From the IMG/VR virus record IMGVR_UViG_3300045988_115450, positions 43,582-107,581 of that record: a stretch of DNA of 64,000 bases; one strand, given 5' to 3'. This document shows positions 16,247 through 25,025 of the stretch, piece after piece; position 1 is the stretch's first letter; the number at the start of each line of letters is the position of its first letter. This stretch comes from a virus. The notes beneath the pieces are model-generated. The model saw only the letters and a program-made list of their open reading frames with translations. It had not been told where the DNA came from and searched no databases. A program made the translations under genes and the position numbers.

Positions 16247-16357
16247 TCAGGCCGCTCCTGCTTCCATGGCTTCGTCGATGGTAGCATATTCTACCCCATC
16301 GGAACCCATGTAGCCGTAATCGGTATAGTCACCGGTTACATATGTATGGTTGCTCAT
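16247..16357 (-). CDS. Possible 36 aa acidic peptide
   Basis: ATG with a weak GGAAAGG RBS. Below the track cutoff. Confidence 0.25.
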   Translation of the reverse strand: MSNHTYVTGDYTDYGYMGSDGVEYATIDEAMEAGAA

Positions 16358-16526
16358 ACAGCGTCCTACCTTTCCGCTACCCTAGCAAGCTGCTGCTAGG
16401 GTAGCTTTTTTTTGCAGGCATAGACAGAATCCACCTATGTTATCCCTGCGACCTCGCAGGCCAGGGCGATCCCAGCCTACGAACGCTCCCGGCCTAACGC
16501 CTGTTTATAGTCGCCGGGACGACTCT

Positions 16527-16847
16527 TTAAACCGGAATGAACGGCTCGATTCCAAACTTCACGAGATGGCTACATCTATCCCCCTTGCCCATAACGTCAA
16601 AACTTTTCGCCTCGTCTAACACCTGGATAAGCATTCCTGCACGGGTGGCGAAATCAGGGCTATCCCACCCCGCCATAGTCTCAATACTACCTAACAGATC
16701 TACGAGATGATTCCACTCGTTCCACATCATAGTATCAATGAGGTCATAGGTGTGCATGGCCTTATACATGTCACGAATACCTTCTTTCTGCCCGTAGTTA
16801 ATGTAGGTCAGCAGCATGTCAGACATAGTGACCTTGTTCATTTCCAT
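16527..16847 (-). CDS. Hypothetical protein
   Basis: Start at MEMNKVTM with RBS AAAGGGGAA. Confidence 0.6.
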   Translation of the reverse strand: MEMNKVTMSDMLLTYINYGQKEGIRDMYKAMHTYDLIDTMMWNEWNHLVDLLGSIETMAGWDSPDFATRAGMLIQVLDEAKSFDVMGKGDRCSHLVKFGIEPFIPV

Positions 16848-16972
16848 AGTAATTCCCCTTTCTGGGTGCTGTTTAGCACTCACCGCGTTTTTCTACAGGG
16901 TAGAAAAATCCCGTCAATGCTAATCCTGCTCCGGTTATAACCCCGCCAATGGCGGGGTTATAACCTTTGCTA

Positions 16973-17743
16973 TTACTTCTCCTTTTTGGCGCGGATTTCA
17001 TAGTTTGCACCGTTCTTTCTGGTGCGATAGCACCGGAAAACGAGATTGATTAACCCCTTGTCATTCTTCTGGGCATAGTGTCCGTTTTCCCCCGCCTTGT
17101 CCACAGCAGGCAGGGAGGCAGTACGGAAGAACACAACGTCCTTCCAAACCATCTTGACGCCGCCATCAGGATCTACCCAACGCTGAACCAGTTCGGTGAA
17201 CTGATCCTGAAGCGCGTCACGACCCGTCTTAGTCCATCCCAGTTCGTCCCTTTTTAGGGAATCCTCCGGGGACAGAGTGAACGCTTTATCCCCATTATCC
17301 CGCGCCCATTTGAGCGCGGTATTGTACAGGAACACACGACAGGCCGCCTTTAACCCGTCCGCGCTCTGCCCTTGGCACTGGGACACCATATCCCAGAAGT
17401 AGATACGGGTATCAGTGCCCGTCTTAACCTCATAGGTGCCGTTAGTATCCGTCACAGAGACGGACGGCGCACATTCGTTTTCTGCAAAGTGTGCAAGGGC
17501 TTCCGGGTATGTCATCTGGGTATATCCCCAGATAGCACGATACCGACTACAGTCATTGTAACGCTGGACAGCGGCTGCCACGTTTGCTTCTGCCTGGATA
17601 ATTTCGCCAGGCATGACTTCCACGCCCTTGTTCAGGGCATTGCGTGCCGCAACGGCGTCACGGACGGACTGAAGCAGTTCAGTTTCAGTAACACCCTTGT
17701 TTTCCCGCAGCACCTTTTCCATCTTGCTTTCATTCTTTGCCAT
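16973..17743 (-). CDS. Hypothetical protein
   Basis: Start at MAKNESKM with RBS AGGAGGAA. 256 aa. Confidence 0.65.
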   Translation of the reverse strand: MAKNESKMEKVLRENKGVTETELLQSVRDAVAARNALNKGVEVMPGEIIQAEANVAAAVQRYNDCSRYRAIWGYTQMTYPEALAHFAENECAPSVSVTDTNGTYEVKTGTDTRIYFWDMVSQCQGQSADGLKAACRVFLYNTALKWARDNGDKAFTLSPEDSLKRDELGWTKTGRDALQDQFTELVQRWVDPDGGVKMVWKDVVFFRTASLPAVDKAGENGHYAQKNDKGLINLVFRCYRTRKNGANYEIRAKKEK

Positions 17744-17833
17744 GATATTTTCCTCCTGTGTAGTTATGTAAATGTGTTTCAAAAACAAATCAGAGCGGCG
17801 GGTAAGGTATCGGCTCTTCATCAAGCTGGCTTC

Positions 17834-18097
17834 TCACATATCGGCGGCACAGGAGCACACATTTTCATCATGGACATACAGCCAGAGTTCGTAGCCATTC
17901 AACTCCCAGCCTTCTACCACATACGTATACGGGTCAATACTGATATATGGCGCGATATACTCCGGACTACCACTTTCAACGTCTTTCAACTTCCCGGCCA
18001 TGTAAATTTCGCCTGTTAACGATTCCATAACAAGAATGTTCATTTCGCCGTCACGACGATTAGCTGCACAAAATTGTCCCACGTTCATCTCTTTCAT
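17834..18097 (-). CDS. Hypothetical protein
   Basis: Start at MKEMNVGQF with RBS AAAGGA. Confidence 0.55.
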   Translation of the reverse strand: MKEMNVGQFCAANRRDGEMNILVMESLTGEIYMAGKLKDVESGSPEYIAPYISIDPYTYVVEGWELNGYELWLYVHDENVCSCAADM

Positions 18098-19558
18098 GTT
18101 TCCACGTCCTTTTCTTGATATTGGCGTTCCCGCCGGTCTGATTTGTTTTTGATTTTTTAGCTTTATCGCTACCATAGAAAAATAAACGTATCCCGTTGCC
18201 TGGAATGTCGTTTACAATGCAAACGCACCATAACAACGGGATACGTGAAATTTCCATTGATACATTTTTCCGTTTCAACCTTCAAGTCAACCTAGCAATG
18301 GTTTTTCACGTGGCGAGCCACGCAACCTTGAAGAATTTTTGGGGACATCTTTCCGCTCCGGATAACAACAGAATCGCTACTTCTGTTATATCCATCATAA
18401 CATAGCGTGACACGGCACTTCCTGGAACGCCCCATCCACCGGTTCCCGGCGCTATCACACAAAAATAGCGCTCCCTTCGGACGTTTGACAAGTCACGATT
18501 GAAAGATAGTTACTACCCTATCCTTTGCTATCAAATCGAGCTTGCCAGGCCAGTCAACTATCACAGAATGTAAAAAACTGTGTAGTACCACGTGTTCCCA
18601 CGTGGGGTTTGCACCCTAGACACGACTACCCCTATTCGCTATCATACATACGCTTTTTTGACTTTTGGGCGACACTCACTCTAGCGATAGAGCGTCGTCA
18701 TAGCTTTTGTACAAATCACCTATCGGCATTTTGTACCAGCAGTCAATCAACGCAGTGTGTAGACTGTCATTGTAACGCTGTTTTCTCGGTAACACCTGGC
18801 TTGTGTCCCAGGGAGGTTTCCGATTGTCCAGCTACTTCCATGGAGTTTCGGTTTTTTAGCTTTATCGCTACTACCCAAAACTTTCCGCCCTTTCGAGCTG
18901 TCCCTATCCTATCACATCGACCCGCCCTTGTCAAGGGGTTTTTGCGATTTTCTAGGGATTTTTTTTGCCTGGCTTTCGCTACTGGAGCAAGGCCGCCGGG
19001 CTGGCCTGGTTTACGTCATACAATCAGGTTAGGACATAACCGGCGACTGTCACTTTTCGCCGTCCGTCCGGTTTGTGCCCGTCCCTTGACTGTGCCTTGA
19101 GTATACCATACATGGACATGGTTTGTCAACCCCTTTTTTGCATTTTTTTATTTTTTGGGTAGAAGGTGTTATTGAGACTCATTCCTATTATTGATTCGGG
19201 CCAGGCAAGCTAATGACCATTAGCTGTTTTAGACTGCGTTCTAGACTGTAGTCTATTATAATACCTAACACTGTTAATTACTAACGTCCCATTTCCCGCC
19301 TATGAGGTGTACAGGGGGGCAATTTCCATATTTTCAGATTGATTTTTATATATAATATGGAATTAGTTACTCCACCATTTCACAACTTTTTCTCGCCAAA
19401 ACTCACCGCCTCCATCCATAACACATTGATTATCAGAACTTTTTATTTCACTTTATTTGGTTAAAGTTTCCTCTTCGTTTCTCCAGTCTCTGATTTTGGG
19501 ACGTAATCAGTAGCTCATAAATTTTGGAAAATTTCTTGGAATCTGCCGTCCAAAAATC

Positions 19559-19587
19559 TTGACATTTGAAAACATTTTCGCTATAAT
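19559..19587 (+). promoter_or_regulatory. Consensus sigma70 promoter for the rightward arm
   Basis: TTGACA (19559-19564), 17 nt spacer, TATAAT (19582-19587). Confidence 0.75.
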
Positions 19588-19637
19588 AGTAACATAATCA
19601 ATAGAAAACATTTCAAATTTAAAAGGAGGTTTTGCCA

Positions 19638-20528
19638 ATGAGCAACCTAATTTCTTTCCCCAACGGTACTGTCAATCCCGCCAGCAAAACTGTCAACCCC
19701 GCGTCCATCGACGTCAACTCTGTCCGCCGCTCACGGACTGCCGACAGTAGCCGTTCACGGGTACTCAAGCAGTCCGCTGCCAGCCGGATCACCGCTCAGA
19801 GCGACCAGCCGGTAGAGGTCATCACCGCACCTGACCGAGCGGCTGACCCTATTAAGAGTGTTGACGACATTCGTAAAGCGTGTTCCTACCTACTGGACAG
19901 CCATCGCTACAGAGACCACATGCTGCTGGTTATGGGTATCAATTTCGGCCTGCGAGTCAGTGACCTGCAGCGTCTCCGGTTCACCCACATCCTGAACGAG
20001 GACTTCTCCTTTAAAGAATCCTTTGAGATCCTGGAAAAGAAAACTGCCTCCACCCGTAAAAGAAAAAAGAACCGCTACGTTGTCATCAACGACGCGGTCA
20101 TGGACGCTGTGGAACTCTACCTGGAACACGCTCCCTACCCCGTCAGCCTGTCTGACCTCGTGTTCCGTTCTGAGAGCAATAACCGTGGTGCTTACGAGCC
20201 TGGTCCTCTCAACAGAAGATCCGTCAATCGTATCCTAGAAGATATCGCCGACCACTGCAATTTCGATTTCCGGTTCTCCTCTCATTCCCTCCGCAAGACA
20301 TTCGGCTACCACCAAATGATGATGTCCGGCAACGATCCTCGCAAGCTGGTACTCCTCCAGAAGATGTTCGGCCACTCCTCCATGAACGAGACCCTCTGCT
20401 ATATCGGCCTCACCAAGGAAGAGATGACCGAAGCCTACGCCAATCTGAACCTGGGTGGCAACGGATACGACTACCAGCTCGCTGCTCTGTACGAAGCACC
20501 TGCTGATTCAACCCCCGCCGCCATTTGA
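19638..20528 (+). CDS. Tyrosine recombinase/integrase 1
   Basis: GLRVSDL (Arg), HSLRKTF (HxxR), GHSSMNETLCY (His..Tyr). ATG at 19638 lies 8 nt after AGGAGG. The N-terminus is low-complexity. Confidence 0.8.
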   Translation: MSNLISFPNGTVNPASKTVNPASIDVNSVRRSRTADSSRSRVLKQSAASRITAQSDQPVEVITAPDRAADPIKSVDDIRKACSYLLDSHRYRDHMLLVMGINFGLRVSDLQRLRFTHILNEDFSFKESFEILEKKTASTRKRKKNRYVVINDAVMDAVELYLEHAPYPVSLSDLVFRSESNNRGAYEPGPLNRRSVNRILEDIADHCNFDFRFSSHSLRKTFGYHQMMMSGNDPRKLVLLQKMFGHSSMNETLCYIGLTKEEMTEAYANLNLGGNGYDYQLAALYEAPADSTPAAI

Positions 20529-20690
20529 CTTCTAAGGTCTATTTTCTCCCTGTAGTCCCACGAAAAATCAGAGAGATAATCTGTTGGGTATGTAGGTATA
20601 TACCCCTGACCGTTCCGTTCTATTTTCTCTGCGTAGTGTGGGAGAAAACATGATAGGTAAGTTCAACCGTCTAGTTTCCCTCTTACGGAA

Positions 20691-20729
20691 GGCCGCTGCA
20701 GCGGCATCTTGTAGGTCGCTGCGCTCCCG
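20691..20729. repeat. Inverted repeat A, left arm
   Basis: TAGGTCGCTGCGCTCCCG (20712-20729) is the perfect reverse complement of 21222-21239. The adjacent GGCCGCTGCAGCGGC palindrome is also shared. Confidence 0.8.
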
Positions 20730-20858
20730 GAATCGCTCCCGCTCTTTCCGTAGAGAGAAAAGGTGGTGTTCCATCCACCAGCACTACTTGACCCTAAACG
20801 TTCTATTCCCTGCCCGATAGTTCTTCTACGCTATTTCTTTTTTTTTAATTTAAATATC

Positions 20859-20875
20859 GTAAGGTAGTCCGTGGC
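20859..20875. repeat. Inverted repeat B, left arm
   Basis: GTAAGGTAGTCCGTGGC is the perfect reverse complement of 21622-21638. Confidence 0.8.
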
Positions 20876-21221
20876 TACACGGCTTCCCACCCTAGCTACT
20901 CCCGTAACCAACACCCCTTCTCATTCCATTTCTTTCTACGGGCTAAAAAAAATGAATCCTCACGCGAAGCGTTACAAGTCCCGCCTCCTGTCGCAGAACA
21001 GCTCTTCCCCTCAACCATCCACATCGGCTCCGTCCTGCCAACCCTCTTCGCTGATCTCCCACTCCTGCCGCCCTCACGCTTTCTTTTGTAGAAAGCTCCA
21101 ATCTTTCCTGCGAGAAGGTCATGGCCGGGAAGCCTGACCATCATTCCGTTACGCCGTCCCCACCAACAGGAAAAGTTCTTCTACTCCATTTTTCTTGTAC
21201 GGGCTAAAGATAAAAAATCTT

Positions 21222-21261
21222 CGGGAGCGCAGCGACCTAACAAGCCGCCGCTGCAGCGGCC
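21222..21261. repeat. Inverted repeat A, right arm
   Basis: CGGGAGCGCAGCGACCTA plus the GCCGCTGCAGCGGC palindrome. Confidence 0.8.
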
Positions 21262-21621
21262 ATACACAGGATGGAGATATGACGGTCTGCTACCTTCCGA
21301 AACCTAGCTCACCTCTGGCGAACAACATAGCGCTCCCCACATCCACCATGCACCACGCCCTTACCCACTCTTCCCTCTACGGATCACTTTTCCTTCTACC
21401 TGCTAACCTACATTCTTTCGCCCCCTACCATCTCGCGTTCATCCCGGCGCAGCCCTACCCACCACCAGCGTTACAGAACTACTACCCACACAAGCAAGAC
21501 AGCTCATCTCACTTTTCTCTCTACGGACTACGCCGCAGGCGTACCTTTCCTTTTCCCTTCTACGGACTTACCTACTTCTCCAGGCCGGGGCGAAGAGATA
21601 GGACGGCTGATCTACTGACAC

Positions 21622-21638
21622 GCCACGGACTACCTTAC
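21622..21638. repeat. Inverted repeat B, right arm
   Basis: GCCACGGACTACCTTAC. Confidence 0.8.
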
Positions 21639-22070
21639 AAGAGATAGAGGTGTGACGGAGAGAATTACTATATATATGTATATATAGATATAAGATATAA
21701 TACAAGTGTCTCAACAGCTAAAAAGTGTTGATATACCAACACAAAATCACAATCCGCTCTTTCTGTCTAAGTACGCCTATTTTTCTGCCAAAGTACGCCT
21801 ACCTGGTAAAGTGAACGTATTTTGTTAATAGTTTGTTCACAATTAAATATTGAGCTTCAGGCCACAGGCATCTAAAGAAGCGCAGAATTTCAAGGATATG
21901 GAAGTGGCATAGCGTATCGCGGACAAGATAGCAGAGTGTGTCCGAAAATCTATTTGTTAACAATTCGTTCATGTATGTTCATAATTTATTCACAATTGTT
22001 CATAGTCGCCCAGTATATTTTTTATCAGAATATTTCGAGTTGGATTTCGCACGAGTTCCACTCTATCCCC

Positions 22071-22099
22071 TTGACGTTTGAAAGAAAAACTTGTATATT
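22071..22099 (+). promoter_or_regulatory. Sigma70-type promoter
   Basis: TTGACG-17 nt-TATATT. It shares the extended TTGACRTTTGAAA motif with the promoters at 19559 and 9836. Confidence 0.65.
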
Positions 22100-22345
22100 A
22101 TAATCAGGCGGCAAGGCCGCGGCAACAAAATTTTTATAAGGAGGTAGCACACTATAGATAAACGCTACGAATCAATTGAACGAGGTCCAGACAACACCTT
22201 CGGTATTTTTAGACGCGGGCATGGCTTTCGCCCTCTACGCCCAGACGAAGAAATCAAAGTAGTCCAGAGGCGGGGAGAGCGAGGCGTTGATGTCTTTAGA
22301 GCGAATGCTCGTGTCCGATCTGACGAACAGTTCATATTTTTAAGG

Positions 22346-23056
22346 TTGCCGAAACAAGCTGGGGAATGTTTCTGCCCGGACATCACCTTGGTAAACTTAG
22401 CTAGGGTCGCTATGCTGGCGACGCACATGCAGTATTCAGAGAACCCGATGCAAGATGGAAGTGTGGTGATGGCTGGCCGCACGAGAGCGCAGCACCCAAT
22501 GTCAAAGAGTGAGGCCCAAGATATCTTACAGATTGGGAAAGACGCCTTTTACAAATTTTTAGACGATATGGAACGGGCGCGTCTGGTGGACGAAAGCGCC
22601 CAGGGAGGCTTAATCTTGAGTAACTGGTTGTTCGCTAAGGGCAGGCTACCGAGGCAGAAAAGGTACGCTGCCCCAACCGCACGACTGTCTGTGCCAAAAT
22701 ATCAAAGACTATATACGGACAACGTGAAGAGCGCAAAAGAGATCGGCACCGTACTTCGACTGATCCCATTTATACATAAGAGCGAGCACGTGTTGTGCTG
22801 GAATCCGTACGAAGAAAATCTAGACTTGATCGCGCCGCTCACATTTACGGATGTCTGCCGAGTGCTGGGCAGAAGCACCAATAATGTTGATAAGTACAGG
22901 AAGCGATTTGAAAAAAATATGTCTAGCATGGCGGTTCGGGACGGACAATCGACACAATCTCTGTGTACGGTAGACAACTATCATGAAGGGCGGTATGCCA
23001 TTTTTATAAACGCGGGACTTGTCTACTTCAAAGAGTTGATGCCCCTATGTCAGTAA
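22346..23056 (+). CDS. Winged-helix DNA-binding protein, candidate replication initiator/regulator (paralogue A). The frame is open back to 22148.
   Basis: C-terminal region VLRLIPFIHKSEHVLCWNPYEENLDLIAPLTFTDVCRVLGRS aligns with the next gene. The first canonical start is TTG at 22346. Confidence 0.6.
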   Translation: MPKQAGECFCPDITLVNLARVAMLATHMQYSENPMQDGSVVMAGRTRAQHPMSKSEAQDILQIGKDAFYKFLDDMERARLVDESAQGGLILSNWLFAKGRLPRQKRYAAPTARLSVPKYQRLYTDNVKSAKEIGTVLRLIPFIHKSEHVLCWNPYEENLDLIAPLTFTDVCRVLGRSTNNVDKYRKRFEKNMSSMAVRDGQSTQSLCTVDNYHEGRYAIFINAGLVYFKELMPLCQ

Positions 23057-24081
23057 CTAAAATAGTAGCAATGCTGTCCGGCTGTGATACGTCTGATATT
23101 CAGTATGGCGAGGACGTACTGTCCAGCAACTTGGTGTTTCCTCCTAGCGCCGCTTATGACCTCCAGGGCTTCTGCGCTGGCGTTAGGCTGGATACCCTGC
23201 CCAGGCTTGTGGCTTTGTCACTCCACACTATCCCGGTGATAGAAATAGATTTCAGTAAGGGTGACAGCGGCGATAGTAGTCCTGATGGCGATAGCGACAT
23301 AGACGGCAGCGACAGCGACGACAGCTTTGATCTAGACGCTTTTGACACGACCGAGACCGAAGATAATCATTGGCATGTGATTCTTTCTAGTAGCACGCAC
23401 TCTCCTCAGATGGCTACTAGAACCGAGATCGGAGAGATTGCTATGCTTGATAAGAGTAGTTTAGATAATTTATTTTTAAAATGTGTTCCCTTAAATATAC
23501 TTCGACCAGACTGGTTTGGTCATTGGTATATAAACGATAATTTCTTTCTACGTGGAACTAAGCCAACAAGCGGGTCGTGGCAATATGTTAAGGTTCGAAA
23601 AGTTAAAAAAGACACCTTCCTCCAGCTTTATAAAAAAGGAACCGGCAATTTAAAATACATAGGAGCTGTGCTGAGGCTAACACCAAACCTTAATTGTGAA
23701 CACAACTACCTCTGTTACAACCCAGATGAAACACGTAGCGATGAGATTGTCCCCTTAGCCGCCCAAGATATCTGCAGGGTGTTAGGTTACGAGCCGCGCC
23801 GGGCTTCCTACTACATAGACAAACTCAAGGAAAAATTTTTAGGGATCACTTTTAAGCACGATGGCATAGAGCAACAGCTCTGCCGAATTGACAAAGATGG
23901 GAGCGACTACATAATGATGGTAAACCCCAACGTCATCTACGCCGACGGCCCGCCAGAGTACAAACGGATCTGCCTGGAGCTGTACTGGGGTTACCCGGAC
24001 CCGTTCGGCTCTCCGTTCCGACGGTATCCCTATCATCATATAAAAGGCCCGACACTAGACTACGTAAATAGAGTAAACTGA
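23047..24081 (+). CDS. Winged-helix protein paralogue B with an Asp/Ser-rich acidic linker
   Basis: AVLRLTPNLNCEHNYLCYNPDETRSDEIVPLAAQDICRVLGYE parallels paralogue A. Contains GDSGDSSPDGDSDIDGSDSDDS. Confidence 0.7.
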   Translation: MSVTKIVAMLSGCDTSDIQYGEDVLSSNLVFPPSAAYDLQGFCAGVRLDTLPRLVALSLHTIPVIEIDFSKGDSGDSSPDGDSDIDGSDSDDSFDLDAFDTTETEDNHWHVILSSSTHSPQMATRTEIGEIAMLDKSSLDNLFLKCVPLNILRPDWFGHWYINDNFFLRGTKPTSGSWQYVKVRKVKKDTFLQLYKKGTGNLKYIGAVLRLTPNLNCEHNYLCYNPDETRSDEIVPLAAQDICRVLGYEPRRASYYIDKLKEKFLGITFKHDGIEQQLCRIDKDGSDYIMMVNPNVIYADGPPEYKRICLELYWGYPDPFGSPFRRYPYHHIKGPTLDYVNRVN

Positions 24082-24174
24082 ACGGGTATATGTCTATATA
24101 CCCTACGGATTGTCTCCCTCGTTTTCCTACAGCCACACAGGGGCTTTTACACTAAACTGACCACTTGATAGGAG

Positions 24175-24438
24175 GTGATAGACATCAGCGCACACAACAC
24201 CTGCGTCAATCTATGCAAGTGCTGCGTGTGGTACGACGACTGTAACTCGTTTCAGGAAAATAAGAGAACCGACACTACCCCAGAAAAAAATAGTGTATAC
24301 TTGTATTATGAGCTGGACAGCCAGTGCGAATTTTTTGACCCAACCGTCGATTCGGAAGACCTTGGGTTAGTCGAGCTGGACGGGCGGTGGGTCGAAGCAT
24401 CTGAGGCTCTGATAATAAATGTCATGACAGAGATTTGA
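24175..24438 (+). CDS. Small Cys-rich hypothetical protein
   Basis: 87 aa ORF after AGGAGG. The exact start is uncertain. Confidence 0.5.
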   Translation: MIDISAHNTCVNLCKCCVWYDDCNSFQENKRTDTTPEKNSVYLYYELDSQCEFFDPTVDSEDLGLVELDGRWVEASEALIINVMTEI

Positions 24439-24454
24439 AATGGAGGAATGTAAA

Positions 24455-24775
24455 ATGGGTTTATTTGACAAGATGAAGAAGCGCAACGAAAAACAGTATG
24501 TACCGCACGTACACTACCCGGACGAATGGCCGTCCGACATGAAGATCGAACCGGGCGTCACCCCGACCGTAGTGATCTGTGAACCCGGCGCTAACCGCTA
24601 CAGAATCATCGCTACGGAGTATTGGAGTCAGCGGATGATCGGTGAGTTGGCCACCACCTCTCCCCGTGTCCACGTCATGCGAGAAGACGACAAGGTGATT
24701 GAAGCAACCTTCCCCGGCGAGTGGTTCAAGATCGAGTCCCCGCAAATGGCGGAGCTACGGAATAAGAAGAAATAA
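24455..24775 (+). CDS. Hypothetical protein
   Basis: Start at MGLFDKMKK with RBS GGAGGAA. Confidence 0.6.
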   Translation: MGLFDKMKKRNEKQYVPHVHYPDEWPSDMKIEPGVTPTVVICEPGANRYRIIATEYWSQRMIGELATTSPRVHVMREDDKVIEATFPGEWFKIESPQMAELRNKKK

Positions 24776-25025
24776 AAGAAAGAGTAAACTTTAAGCTGGG
24801 CGGCGACGCCGCCCAGCGCCAACAAACGATTCAAGGAGATGATCGCTTTTATGATAAGAGAGGTGCTTTTGACTGTTCGCACCTAAGTTATATACGACAT
24901 ATAAGATAGCTTTCAAGCTATTAAAAGAGAACAAATTTTCTTTACGGGTAGACCTGCGCCCCTACGAGATAAGGCAGGCGGACAATTTATTATTCTACCA
25001 GATACGGCGTATCACAGGCGAAGAT

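Noticed and set aside
18525-19100. 191 aa plus-strand ORF in the central ORF-poor region
   Set aside because: It has no RBS, starts at a non-ATG codon, and has a low-complexity Ser/Pro/Arg/Cys composition. It overlaps the repeat and hairpin field, so it looks like a chance open frame.
20871-21647. Two plus-strand ORFs (88 and 150 aa) with a recurring (F/L)YGL peptide
   Set aside because: The recurring peptide is simply the translation of the TCTACGGRCTA DNA motif. There is no RBS or ATG, and the composition is Pro/Ser/His-rich. I treated it as non-coding, although a repeat protein cannot be fully excluded.
20530-21660. CRISPR array
   Set aside because: The repeats are degenerate, irregularly spaced (35-260 bp) and occur in both orientations. 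No cas genes are present.
22165-22482. 105 aa minus-strand ORF
   Set aside because: It is antisense to the promoter-proximal, protein-like frame of wHTH paralogue A, and it has no RBS.
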